Shown piece after piece: positions 20,950 through 30,643 of a stretch of 64,000 nt of DNA. Numbering within the stretch: position 1 is the first letter of the stretch; each line of letters opens with the position of its first letter. Under the pieces are notes generated by a model. That model did no database searches, was not told where the DNA came from, and saw only the letters and a program-made list of their open reading frames with translations. Origin of the DNA: Candidatus Omnitrophota bacterium (GTDB taxonomy: Bacteria > Omnitrophota > Gorgyraeia > B26-G9); assembly GCA_043814605.1 (NCBI GenBank), contig JBDRJV010000002.1, positions 26,374 to 90,373 on the forward strand, in the 5' to 3' direction. Position numbers and translations under genes: made by a program.

Positions 20950-21138
20950 TTACCAGCTCTTCCTGCCCATAAAAAATCCTAAAATAAATCCGATAAACAT
21001 TAACAAAGGTAAAAGAATTATCCGGGACATACTTATTTTCCAGAATAAAAGCTGCACGGAAACAACCTGCGTATTTTGCAGCAAAATAATCAGTAATATC
21101 CCGCTGAATATCAGTATTGCAATAGTTTTAGGTTTCAT
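20950..21138 (-). CDS. LapA/DUF1049-like small inner-membrane protein.
   Basis: 62 aa with two TM segments. QNTQVVSVQLLFWKISMSRIILLPLLMFIGFILGFFMG resembles the E. coli LapA N-terminus. Confidence 0.35.
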   Translation of the reverse strand: MKPKTIAILIFSGILLIILLQNTQVVSVQLLFWKISMSRIILLPLLMFIGFILGFFMGRKSW

Positions 21139-21156
21139 TAAAACATCTCCTGATTA

Positions 21157-22221
21157 TTATATCCATTTTTTTCTTTTAAAATAAACTAACAGCCCAAACC
21201 CCACAACCCCCATCAGGCCCAATAATGAAAAATATCCCCATTTCCATTTTAATTCCGGCATATATTCAAAATTCATACCGTAAATACCCGCGATAAATGT
21301 TAAGGGGATGAAGATTGCCGCGAATATGGTTAAGACTTTCATTATCTCATTCATACGGTTACTGACGCTGGATAAATAAATATCCAGAATTCCGGAAACC
21401 ATATCGCGAAATGTTTCAATGGTATCTATAGCCTGGATTGTATGGTCATAAAGATCACGCAAAAATATTCTTGTGCCTTTTTTAATCAGCTTAGACTCGC
21501 CCCTCTCCAGACCGCTGACAACCTCACGTAAAGGCCACACTGATTTTCTTAAAAATATTATATCCTGTTTTTGATTGTGTATTGCTTGTAAAGTTTGCGG
21601 CGTAGGGTTGGTGATTAATTCTTCTTCCATACTTTCAATCTTATCACCCATTTTTTCTAGAATTGAAAAATAATTATCTACCACTGCGTCTAAAAGGCTA
21701 TACGCAAGATAATCTGCTCCCATTTTCCTTATTCTTCCCTTATCTTTACGAATACGTTCACGGATAGGATCAAACACATCGCCTTCTCTTTCCTGGAAAG
21801 ATATCACAAAATTATCGCCAAAAATCAAACTTACCTGTTCGGAAATTATTTCCTTTTTAACTTCATCAAACATCAGCATTTTTAAAACAACAAAAATATA
21901 TTTATCTAAATCCTCGTATTTTGGACGCTGGCTGGTATTAACAATATCCTCAAGTGTTAACGTATGCATTTGGAAATTACTGCCAATTTTTTCAATTAAA
22001 CTCATATCATGCAATCCGTTAACATTAATCCAGGTAATAGTCTGGGTATCTTTAAAAGGAAAAACTTCTTCTATATTAGCTATTTCTTTTTCTTGAAAAT
22101 TTCTCTCATCATAATCAATAACTAAAATCCCTACTTTATCAATCATTTTTTCCCCTACATGCACCAGCTCACCGGGAATATGCCCAGCAGTTTTTGAAAT
22201 TCTTTTTATAAACCTAACCAT
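21157..22221 (-). CDS. corA: Magnesium/cobalt transporter CorA.
   Basis: Cytoplasmic domain plus two C-terminal TM helices with the YGMNF signature. Confidence 0.85.
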   Translation of the reverse strand: MVRFIKRISKTAGHIPGELVHVGEKMIDKVGILVIDYDERNFQEKEIANIEEVFPFKDTQTITWINVNGLHDMSLIEKIGSNFQMHTLTLEDIVNTSQRPKYEDLDKYIFVVLKMLMFDEVKKEIISEQVSLIFGDNFVISFQEREGDVFDPIRERIRKDKGRIRKMGADYLAYSLLDAVVDNYFSILEKMGDKIESMEEELITNPTPQTLQAIHNQKQDIIFLRKSVWPLREVVSGLERGESKLIKKGTRIFLRDLYDHTIQAIDTIETFRDMVSGILDIYLSSVSNRMNEIMKVLTIFAAIFIPLTFIAGIYGMNFEYMPELKWKWGYFSLLGLMGVVGFGLLVYFKRKKWI

Positions 22222-22391
22222 TACTGCCTCCCAAAAAATTGCCGATTTTAATTAAACTGCTTAATATTATACCAAATTATGTATAAAATAACATATTTTT
22301 CCTTATGCTCATTATCCCCGGACAGGAATGATTCAGGCAGGAGTTTATGTAAATTTGAACCTTATTCATTAACTAGCAAGTAGTTAAGAAT

Positions 22392-23567
22392 TTAAGTTTT
22401 AAACCAAAATTGTGTTTTTAGACAAATCCTGACTAGTATCAGCATTACAGGCACCTCGATCAATACTCCTACAACAGTTGCCAATGATGCTCCGGACGAT
22501 AAACCGAAAAGAATAGTTGATGTAGCAATGGCTACTTCAAAATGATTACTTGCACCGATTATCGCGCTGGGAGCTGCGTCTTCATAACTTAACTTTAATC
22601 TATTTGCCATCCAATACGTAATTGCAAATATCAAACAGGTTTGGATAAAAAGTGGTATCGCAATCCAAAGAATTGTCAACGGTTGAGCGAAAATAACCGC
22701 GCCTTTAAACGAGAACAAAAGCACCAAAGTAAAAAGTAAAGCGATAATTGAGATTGGAGACAAGATATACAGGAATTTTTCATTAAACCACTCGATACCT
22801 TTGCGGGAAACAATCCATTTTCTTGAAAAATAACCCGCCGCTAGCGGCAAGGCAACATAGATAGCAATGGATAATAACAGCGCTTCCCATGGTACCGGCA
22901 TTTTGCCCACACCCAAGAGGAAACCGCCAAGAACGCCGTAAAGCAAAAGCATTGTAAGCGAGTTAATGGCAACCATAACAAGCGTATGACCATCGTTGCC
23001 TTTTGAAAGAAATCCCCAAACAAGAACCATAGCTGTGCATGGAGCAATCCCCAAGAGAATACATCCGGCAAAATAACTCCGCCAAAGAGGAACCTGCAGC
23101 ATTTTTAATCCCTCATGTATAACAACTTTCCCTGCTCCGTGAATAGATCCAAGCGCCCAGTCCGCTCCGGGAGAAAGTTTCACAACGTCAACAGCGTCAA
23201 CGCCAATCAAACCCTTAAATAAGAAACCCAGAAAAAATAAAGCAATCGCATACATGGTAAAAGGTTTAATTGCCCAGTTAACAAAAAGGGTCAACAAAAC
23301 AGGTTTGGGAGATTTTCCCGCTTTAATAACTTCCGCGAAATCAATCTTCACCATAATCGGGTACATCATAAAGAATAAGCAAATAGCTATTGGGATCGAA
23401 ACGACTGGCGCGCCGTTTACAAAAATGGAAAAACCATCAAGTGCCTTTGCTAATTGAGGAGCGATTTTTCCGATAAAAATTCCTAATCCAATACAAATGA
23501 CAACCCATCCGGTAAGATATTTCTCAAAAAAACTTAATTGTCTTTCTTTATTAATAATATTATCCAT
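22392..23567 (-). CDS. Arsenite efflux transporter, ACR3 family.
   Basis: 391 aa with ten TM segments. The N-terminal [13 protein letters not shown] and [14 protein letters not shown] match the ACR3/BART-fold signature. Confidence 0.7.
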   Translation of the reverse strand: MDNIINKERQLSFFEKYLTGWVVICIGLGIFIGKIAPQLAKALDGFSIFVNGAPVVSIPIAICLFFMMYPIMVKIDFAEVIKAGKSPKPVLLTLFVNWAIKPFTMYAIALFFLGFLFKGLIGVDAVDVVKLSPGADWALGSIHGAGKVVIHEGLKMLQVPLWRSYFAGCILLGIAPCTAMVLVWGFLSKGNDGHTLVMVAINSLTMLLLYGVLGGFLLGVGKMPVPWEALLLSIAIYVALPLAAGYFSRKWIVSRKGIEWFNEKFLYILSPISIIALLFTLVLLFSFKGAVIFAQPLTILWIAIPLFIQTCLIFAITYWMANRLKLSYEDAAPSAIIGASNHFEVAIATSTILFGLSSGASLATVVGVLIEVPVMLILVRICLKTQFWFKT

Positions 23568-23580
23568 TTAGTCTCCTTCT

Positions 23581-24267
23581 CTAAAATAACTTTAAAATAT
23601 AAATTCCGGAGTAATAAAATCCGACAATAATAAAAATCACCCCAGTTATCCTGCGGGTATAAAATTCCAGCTTCGTGATCTTCTGAAACCAATGACTCAT
23701 TGAAGTCACGCCTAACGCAATAGCGACAGCAAACGCCAGTACTGGAAGCCCTGTCCCGACACCGTAAATAAAAGGCAGCAAGGTTCCCGCTTTACTGTTA
23801 AGCGCCAAAGGGATCAGGCTTCCGAAGAATAACGCCGCTGAGACCGGACAAAATGCCAAAGCGAATATAACACCCAAAAGAAAAGCTCCCGGAGCACCTG
23901 ACTCAACGAGTTTATTGTGATGTTTTTGAGACAATACTACACCGGGCAATTTTATGGTAATCACTTCCAATAAAAATAATCCGGTGATTATCAATAGGGG
24001 CCCTAATGCCTTCACCATGTATTTCTGTAAAAATTGCGCTACCTGCGGTACACTTAAAAGAGAACTTATAATGACCCAGCCAAGAACCGTATAAGCAACC
24101 ATCCGGCCCAAGGTATAGGCCAGCCCGGAAATAAAAACTAACCCTGGACGGGTTATCTTTTTCGCCAGAAACGAAACTGCCGCAATATTTGTTGCCAAAG
24201 GGCAAGGGCTGATTGAAGTCAAAATCCCTAGCCACAGAGCCCAGCCAAAAACTAACAAAATTTCCAT
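23581..24267 (-). CDS. CcdA/DsbD-like thiol:disulfide transmembrane electron-transfer protein.
   Basis: Six TM helices. Conserved Cys residues sit in TM1 (ISPCPLA) and TM4 (AFCPVSA), as in DsbD_2/CcdA. Confidence 0.5.
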   Translation of the reverse strand: MEILLVFGWALWLGILTSISPCPLATNIAAVSFLAKKITRPGLVFISGLAYTLGRMVAYTVLGWVIISSLLSVPQVAQFLQKYMVKALGPLLIITGLFLLEVITIKLPGVVLSQKHHNKLVESGAPGAFLLGVIFALAFCPVSAALFFGSLIPLALNSKAGTLLPFIYGVGTGLPVLAFAVAIALGVTSMSHWFQKITKLEFYTRRITGVIFIIVGFYYSGIYILKLF

Positions 24268-24692
24268 TATTTTATTTCCTTTAAAAACTGTTTTATTTCT
24301 TCGGTAACATAGGCAATAAATTTTTGCTGATCACGAGAAAGTTCCCAAATTTTATTCAGATTTTTTGATTTTATTTCCTTACCGCTATCCACAAGCGATA
24401 AAATTAGCGATTTTGTGTAAAGTTTATAATCTCGGGTAAAATGCTCATTTGCTTTTTCCTCTACGTTAACCGTTTTAAACTCGAGTTTGCCCAAAGCCAG
24501 GGCGTTTTTAAAATTCGTTTCAATTGCGGCTTTAGTATAATTTTCCATATTATTACAAGTAACACACCGAAATGATCCGTGGAAGTAATAAATAATAACC
24601 TTTTTTTTAATAATATCCTCTTGGCTTAAAGCAACCGAACTTATCATAAATAAAATTCCAAATAAAAAAATCAAATAAAATATTTTTTTCAA
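24267..24692 (-). CDS. Exported thioredoxin-fold CxxC protein (putative).
   Basis: Signal peptide and an FRCVTC motif. Its start overlaps the stop of the upstream gene. Confidence 0.35.
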   Translation of the reverse strand: MKKIFYLIFLFGILFMISSVALSQEDIIKKKVIIYYFHGSFRCVTCNNMENYTKAAIETNFKNALALGKLEFKTVNVEEKANEHFTRDYKLYTKSLILSLVDSGKEIKSKNLNKIWELSRDQQKFIAYVTEEIKQFLKEIK

Positions 24693-24711
24693 ATTTTCTC
24701 CTATCTTTTTA

Positions 24712-24945
24712 TTAACTAAGAAGTTTTTTTATTTCTTCTGTGCTCAGTAATTTACCCGCCGAAATAACTTTACCATTAATTGCTAATGCCGGCGTGATCA
24801 TTACTCCATATTCAGTGATTCTATCAATATCTGTAATTTTTTCAATTTGAACTTGAATATTTAACTCCTGAGCTGCAGCTTGAGTATTCGCGGCAAGTTG
24901 TTTACATTTTGGGCACCCGACCCCTAATATTTCTATTTTTACCAT
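24712..24945 (-). CDS. Small thioredoxin-family protein (redox-active disulfide protein 2 type).
   Basis: 77 aa with a GCPKC active site. The MVKIEILGVGCPKC layout is typical of the TIGR00412-like family. Confidence 0.65.
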   Translation of the reverse strand: MVKIEILGVGCPKCKQLAANTQAAAQELNIQVQIEKITDIDRITEYGVMITPALAINGKVISAGKLLSTEEIKKLLS

Positions 24946-24954
24946 TTTTATTCC

Positions 24955-26163
24955 TCATTTAACAAACATTCCGAATATCATCCCGCTCAATGCTGCTATA
25001 ATCACAACCAAACTCACATAAATAACTGTTTTCTTTGTTCCGATAACACTTCGTATCACAAGCATATTTGGTAAACTTAATGCCGGACCGGCTAAAAGTA
25101 ATGCCAACGCCGGGCCTTTTCCCATGCCTGCACCGATTAATCCCTGTAAGATTGGAACTTCGGTTAAAGTCGCAAAGTACATAAATGCACCGATAATTGA
25201 TGCAAAAAAATTTGAAAAAATTGAATTTCCGCCCACAGCTTTGGCAATAATCCCCGCAGGAATAATTCCTGCCTCATTTGGACGGCCGAGTAAAAAACCG
25301 GCAATCAATACCCCTGCAAGTAATAAAGGCATGATTTGTTTAGCAAAAGTCCAAGTACTTCTTATCCAATCCTGAATTTCTTTTTTTTTAAACCATTTTA
25401 AGAGCGTAATTGTCATGATTGCGAAAAAAACCGCGGCTAAATACCACTTCAGGACAAATATTACTGCCCATATCCGGTTATCTGTGCTTTGCGGTTTTGC
25501 CCAATTAGCAAACACTAAAAAACCAACCATTGACGAAAAATAGAGAGCATTCTGAGTTAAGGTCCTTGATTCTTTAACGTTATCTATAATTAAATCGCTT
25601 TCTGTATTTCTTGTCTTTTCCTCTTTAATAAATATTAACTGCATTAAAAAACCAATAACCACACTAAAAATTACCGCTCCCAGTGCTCTAGCTAAACCCA
25701 GCTGCCAGCCAAGGATCCGCGCCGTCATAATAATCGCCAGAACATTTATTGCCGGGCCAGAATAAAGAAACGCAATTGCCGGCCCTAAACCAGCGCCTCT
25801 TTTATATATACCCGAAAATAACGGCAGTACAGTGCAAGAACAAACCGCGAGCATTGTCCCGGACACAGCTGCTACAGTATAGGCCAGAAATTTATTTGCC
25901 TTTGCGCCAAAATATTTGATTACCGATGCCTGAGAAATAAATACAGAGATGGCTCCGGCAATAAAAAACGCCGGCACAAGGCAAAGCAAAACATGTTCTC
26001 TAGCATACCATTGCACTAGCGCCAGAGATTCAAATATCGGATTTCTAAACGGTAAAAATTCTATTGGCAGAAAAAAACATCCTAAAAAAGCAATAACCAT
26101 TATTAAAAATTTATTTTTTTCTTTCATCTGGTTTTCCTTTTTTTGCCGATAATATTGCAGCAT
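24955..26163 (-). CDS. DUF318/YraQ-family permease (ArsP-like).
   Basis: Polytopic, with the AVCSCTVLP (CSC) motif and an internal repeat. It commonly co-occurs with a small thioredoxin and a regulator. Confidence 0.65.
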   Translation of the reverse strand: MLQYYRQKKENQMKEKNKFLIMVIAFLGCFFLPIEFLPFRNPIFESLALVQWYAREHVLLCLVPAFFIAGAISVFISQASVIKYFGAKANKFLAYTVAAVSGTMLAVCSCTVLPLFSGIYKRGAGLGPAIAFLYSGPAINVLAIIMTARILGWQLGLARALGAVIFSVVIGFLMQLIFIKEEKTRNTESDLIIDNVKESRTLTQNALYFSSMVGFLVFANWAKPQSTDNRIWAVIFVLKWYLAAVFFAIMTITLLKWFKKKEIQDWIRSTWTFAKQIMPLLLAGVLIAGFLLGRPNEAGIIPAGIIAKAVGGNSIFSNFFASIIGAFMYFATLTEVPILQGLIGAGMGKGPALALLLAGPALSLPNMLVIRSVIGTKKTVIYVSLVVIIAALSGMIFGMFVK

Positions 26164-26435
26164 CCGCCTTCAATCTTTATCGCCTTAATATTCACAAGGG
26201 CATCGGCAATTTTTTGATGCGCTGATTCTAAAATACGGGATATGGTTGAGCGATGCACCTTCATTTTTTTAGCAACTTGTTCCTGAGCTAAACCTTCTAA
26301 ATGAGCGAGTCTAACCGCTTCAAACTCATCAATACTCATGACTACGCCTTCCAGTTTATTTACAGGTTTACACTCGGGACGAAAACACCGTTCGCCTGGC
26401 TCACATTTTACCCATCTGGTTTTTTTCGGTCTCAT
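26124..26435 (-). CDS. DUF134/UPF0251 DNA-binding regulator.
   Basis: Cys-containing N-terminal extension plus a sigma-70 region-4-like HTH (EFEAVRLAHLEGLAQEQVAKKMKVHRSTISRIL). Confidence 0.6.
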   Translation of the reverse strand: MRPKKTRWVKCEPGERCFRPECKPVNKLEGVVMSIDEFEAVRLAHLEGLAQEQVAKKMKVHRSTISRILESAHQKIADALVNIKAIKIEGGCCNIIGKKRKTR

Positions 26436-26472
26436 TTTTTCCTCAGTGACTTTATAGCTGCTTTTTTAGTTT

Positions 26473-26519
26473 TGCACATATGTGCATTATATTATAATCA
26501 ACTAAAAATGTTCCGTCAA
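26473..26519 (-). promoter_or_regulatory. Sigma-70-like promoter with an overlapping palindromic operator for the DUF134 operon.
   Basis: On the gene strand: -35 TTGACG (26514-26519), 17-nt spacer, -10 TATAAT (26491-26496), then the perfect 14-bp palindrome TGCACATATGTGCA (26473-26486) at the predicted +1. Confidence 0.45.
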
Positions 26520-26547
26520 TACAAAAGTTGTGTTTTTTTGCTTGGGA

Positions 26548-27432
26548 TTATTCCGGCTCAACACAAATAAAATCACAGGTATTGTTTTTAATATCATTGG
26601 CGAGAAAATTTTGCGGCTCTTTTGTTAAGGCAAGATTAAGGTAAAAATTAAACTTTTCCCTATCCCCTTTTAATTTATAAACCTGCGCTAATCGCACATA
26701 AGCATCCGTGATATTCGGATCAGTGGCAATTGTTTTTTCCAAATACTTCTGCGCCTCATCAATATCTTGGCCGGAAATCCCTGGAGCCAGCAAGTAAAAA
26801 CTGCCCAGTCCGTAATAAACTTCCGCAGAATCCGGCATTAAAGTCCTGGCTCTTTTTATATTTGTAAAAACCGGGGTGCCGTTCAAAAATTTAGATAACG
26901 GGCCTCCCCCATAAGCAATCATCCCCTTAGCCCCGGCAAATATTAAATAGGCTCGGGCTAAGGTATGTCTATCCGCATTCTGTTTTCCTTTACGAATCAC
27001 AATTTCTGATAACCTTACGGCTTCTTTATAATCCTTTAAGTTAAATTTTATATAGGATAAACTGATATAGGCAGGAAAAAAGTCCGGACTTTGCCTGATT
27101 ATCGCCGCAAGCATATTTTGGCTTTGTTCCATCTGGTATTCCCGGCGTAATACTTCGGCAATACCCCATTGCGCTTCTATTAATCCGGGTGATAATTCCT
27201 GCATTTTTTCAAATACTTTTTTAGCCTGCAAATGCTGGTATTCATTAAAATATACAATTCCCAAAACATATAAATATTCCAATGAATCTGGATTATCTTC
27301 TAAATTTTGCCGGGCACGATTTAAATCAAGATCGTCTGCCTGCGTATGCAGTATTTTCCAAGTCAGCCCAAAAGATGAATTAATTATTATAAATATCATC
27401 AGAGAGCTTATTATAAAAATTTTTATCTTCAT
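26548..27432 (-). CDS. Secreted tetratricopeptide-repeat protein.
   Basis: Signal peptide followed by multiple TPR-like helical repeats. Confidence 0.6.
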   Translation of the reverse strand: MKIKIFIISSLMIFIIINSSFGLTWKILHTQADDLDLNRARQNLEDNPDSLEYLYVLGIVYFNEYQHLQAKKVFEKMQELSPGLIEAQWGIAEVLRREYQMEQSQNMLAAIIRQSPDFFPAYISLSYIKFNLKDYKEAVRLSEIVIRKGKQNADRHTLARAYLIFAGAKGMIAYGGGPLSKFLNGTPVFTNIKRARTLMPDSAEVYYGLGSFYLLAPGISGQDIDEAQKYLEKTIATDPNITDAYVRLAQVYKLKGDREKFNFYLNLALTKEPQNFLANDIKNNTCDFICVEPE

Positions 27433-27729
27433 GTTCTTATTTCCTCTTAAGACAAAAAAAGGAGCTAAGCTTGCCCCTTTTATTTACGAATTTTTACATA
27501 CCTTTGTATTTGAACTTTTTCAAACATTATAAGATTACATGCTTTATTGTTTTATTATATATTTTTACTAATTCTAACGCAAGACAATAGATGCATCAGT
27601 GTTATTTACTCTATTTGGCCTAAGGTATATAATACATTTATGGCTAAATTAAAATTAGATTTGCATAATATTTTTAATCAAAAAAAATCTATCCAGTCAG
27701 AGCTGGAATTAATTATTAGGGAAGCTGTA

Positions 27730-27837
27730 AATGGAACCCCCACGGGCTAAAGCCCGTGGTTCCTGGGGTGGAATACTCAAGCGGCCTCCTTTTATCCGCG
27801 CCATAAATGGGCGCGGTTTTAGGCCGCGGATGTATAA
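27730..27837 (+). repeat. GC-rich structured ~105-nt interspersed repeat, copy A.
   Basis: The sequence AATGGAACCCCCACGGGCTAAAGCCCGTGGTTCC…CCGCGCCATAAATGGGCGCGG…GGCCGCGGATGTATAA contains two perfect hairpins. It is about 60% GC in a roughly 32% GC background. Copies at 30410 and 58201 are more than 90% identical. Confidence 0.7.
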
Positions 27838-27907
27838 AAAAATCCGGCTGATAGAAATAATCCCGGGCAAAGGCACCGGAGCTTTAAAAAAACACGTATT
27901 AAGGTTC

Positions 27908-29347
27908 TTAGCGCAAAAACATATTAAAAAACTTTACCACCGGATTGAAAAAGATTCTCATAATTTCGGCAGAATTTTTGTGCATTTTAGGTTTTAAACT
28001 TTTAAATTTTTTATTTAAAATATTCATTTCAATAGTTAAGATAATTATTGTCAGAATCATCGCAACCGTATTTGTCATCGGGAAACTAAACCAAACTCCA
28101 TTAAGGCCGTAAAAATGTGACATAAAAAATATTATTGGTACAAAAATAAATATCTGACGCATAAGCCCGAGAAAAATTGCCTGAATCCCTTTACCTACAG
28201 ACTGAAAATAACGCGCACTTAAAATGTGAATTGCTGTAAGCGGTGTTGTCAGCATTGATATTCTCAACACATAAGCGCTTAACTTAATCAGCAAATTGTC
28301 ATTGCGGCAAAACAATTGGGTTATGGATTCCGCAAAAATCATCAAAAAAATCACTAATATTGAAGTTATTAAAAAAGTTACACTACAGGAAGAGCGAAAA
28401 ACATCTTTTACTCTTTTAAAATTTTTAGCGCCATAATTATATCCGATCAGCGGCTGCATGCCCGCGGCCATCCCAAAAGTAAATAAATGGATTAAAGACA
28501 TTACCGGAAAAGCAATTCCCATTGCCGCAATGTCAACTTCTGAACCAAAAATAAGTATTCTGGAATTTAAAATCCCCACCTGTATACTTGCGGCAAAATC
28601 CATCAAAGCCGGAGAAAGGCCTAAATAAATTATTCTTTTTACATTAATTAGTTTTAATTTCAAATTCTGAATTTTGATATGAATAATACCCTTTTTATTC
28701 ATAACATAAATAACGCCCATAAAAACAACTGCTGCTTCGGAAATAATTGTGGCTAACGCTGCTCCGGTTGTACCCATTTTAAAAATAAAAATAAAAATCG
28801 GATCACATATTAAATTTATAATTGTTCCAGCAACAATCATCATTGTTGCATATAAAGGATTACCCTCGGACCGGATAAGAAAGGTAAAAGTAAAACCATA
28901 AAAGAAAAGAATCGTCCCCGAAAAAATAATCATCATATAACCGCGCGCATGCGGAATAATCTGTGGATTTATCGTAAAGAAGGAAATCAGATAATCAAAA
29001 AAGAATAACCCCAAAAAAGTAATTACTGTTCCAAAAATTGTCAGTAAAGTAAATGTATTCCCAAGTATTTCCTCAGCTTTATCGATTTTTTTCTTTCCTA
29101 AATAAATAGAAATTAACGATGATGAGCCGCTGCTAAAAAGCAGGCAAAACCCAAAGATAAACAGCATGATCGGGAAACAAAGCGTTACTCCGGCTAATCC
29201 TAATGCTCCCACGCCCCGGCCGATAAAAATCCGGTCTACAATATTGTACAACGCATGCAAGACTAAGCTAAAAATTGAAGGAATAGCAAATTTTGCTAAT
29301 AATTTTAAAATGGGTTTTGTCCCCATATCTTGAGCAAGGTTATTCAT
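27908..29347 (-). CDS. MATE-family multidrug/sodium efflux transporter.
   Basis: 479 aa with 12 TM segments and a MATE N-terminal signature (ILKLLAKFAIPSIFSLVLHALYNIVDRIFIG). Confidence 0.85.
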   Translation of the reverse strand: MNNLAQDMGTKPILKLLAKFAIPSIFSLVLHALYNIVDRIFIGRGVGALGLAGVTLCFPIMLFIFGFCLLFSSGSSSLISIYLGKKKIDKAEEILGNTFTLLTIFGTVITFLGLFFFDYLISFFTINPQIIPHARGYMMIIFSGTILFFYGFTFTFLIRSEGNPLYATMMIVAGTIINLICDPIFIFIFKMGTTGAALATIISEAAVVFMGVIYVMNKKGIIHIKIQNLKLKLINVKRIIYLGLSPALMDFAASIQVGILNSRILIFGSEVDIAAMGIAFPVMSLIHLFTFGMAAGMQPLIGYNYGAKNFKRVKDVFRSSCSVTFLITSILVIFLMIFAESITQLFCRNDNLLIKLSAYVLRISMLTTPLTAIHILSARYFQSVGKGIQAIFLGLMRQIFIFVPIIFFMSHFYGLNGVWFSFPMTNTVAMILTIIILTIEMNILNKKFKSLKPKMHKNSAEIMRIFFNPVVKFFNMFLR

Positions 29348-29467
29348 GGTTAATAATGCTTTCTATTGTTTTTTATTAGATAAAAGGGTAAGATTTTACA
29401 AAAAATAAGATAAATTTCAAGCCTATTTTAAAATTATACCAATTATTGGTTAGAAGAAAGATTTACA

Positions 29468-30157
29468 TTAATTATTTAATTCTTTGGCTGCTATTTCAAC
29501 AATTAATTTTACCCCCTTAGCCAGGGATATCTCCAGTTTTACAAAATCTTTTTCTTTTATCACGCTGTTAGAAATTATTCTAAATCCTTTATCATTCTCA
29601 AGCCCCAGCATCTTAAATAAAAACTCCAGCACTTGAGTAATATTCTGCGTATCTAAAGATTGCTGCAAAGAAGAAAGCTTAACAAAAACAGTGCTTTGAT
29701 CCTGGCTTAGTTCAACAGAAATATCTTTAACTAATTGTGTAATATTTTGTATATTATTAAAGGAAGCCTTTATTTTACCAACTATGTCTTTTTGTTCTAA
29801 AGCTTCTTTAATTATATTTTTTAATTCCAGCGCATCCCAGGGTTTGGAAATAAAACGAAAGATTTCACCCTCATTAATTGTTTTAACTAAACTATCAAAA
29901 TCACTATAACCCGAGACCATGATCCGCATCGTATCTGGAAATTCTTTTTTAGCTATTCTCAAAACTTCAAATCCGTTCATTCCGGCCATTCTCTGGTCAC
30001 AAAGAATTAAATCTATTTTTTTCCGGCGTAAAATGTCCAGGCCTTCTGCCCCGTTAGCAGCAGTAAAAATATTATACTCTTTTTCAAATATACGTTTAAA
30101 TAAATGCAGTATATTTTCTTCATCATCTATACATAATAATGTATAAGTTTTGTCCAT
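29468..30157 (-). CDS. Orphan response regulator (REC plus an uncharacterised C-terminal domain).
   Basis: Receiver motifs (LLCIDDEENI…DLILCDQRMAGMNG…MVSGY). The last ~100 aa show no recognisable output domain. Confidence 0.7.
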   Translation of the reverse strand: MDKTYTLLCIDDEENILHLFKRIFEKEYNIFTAANGAEGLDILRRKKIDLILCDQRMAGMNGFEVLRIAKKEFPDTMRIMVSGYSDFDSLVKTINEGEIFRFISKPWDALELKNIIKEALEQKDIVGKIKASFNNIQNITQLVKDISVELSQDQSTVFVKLSSLQQSLDTQNITQVLEFLFKMLGLENDKGFRIISNSVIKEKDFVKLEISLAKGVKLIVEIAAKELNN

Positions 30158-30409
30158 TTTAATTTATCCTATAAAAATTATTTCCGCTGCGAACACTCTT
30201 TCTTATCTGCTTTTTTGTTTAAAGAAAATACTATTTTTGTTTTTTTTGTGCCAAAAGCTTTTGCACCAATTCATCAATTTCTGATTGAGAAAGTTTTCTG
30301 TTTGGGTCATGGGGAGGCTTGATTTCATTTTTATTGTCTTTTTTTTTCACAAACACACCTTATTTTAAACTTTCTTAATTATGTCAAAATATAAATTTTC
30401 TACCACTTA

Positions 30410-30513
30410 AATGGAACCCCCACTAAAGCCCGTGGTTCCTGGGGTGGAATACTCAAGCGGCCTTCTTTTATCCGCGCCATAAATGGGCGCGGTTTTAGGC
30501 CGCGGATGTATAA
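30410..30513 (+). repeat. GC-rich structured repeat, copy B, with a 4-nt deletion in hairpin 1.
   Basis: Same element as 27730-27837, in the same orientation. It lacks GGGC in the first stem. Confidence 0.7.
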
Positions 30514-30643
30514 GCAAAATAAAAGCGCCTAAATATTACCTTTGCAATAGACTATAATTATTAATGATATAATTTTACAATTTATTGAAAAATTATGCAA
30601 GGAAAAGAAATCTTTAAAGGCAGTAGCTAGAAGTACACTGCGT

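Noticed and set aside
22222-22391. Mg2+ (M-box) riboswitch upstream of corA.
   Set aside because: The leader is AT-rich with a TGGTATAAT-like promoter but lacks the conserved M-box helices. No support.
27731-27997. ORF of 88 aa (MEPPRAKARGSWGG…) reading through repeat copy A.
   Set aside because: The reading frame is produced by the GC-rich structured repeat. The same DNA recurs twice elsewhere in non-coding context, and the peptide is low-complexity and basic, so it is spurious.
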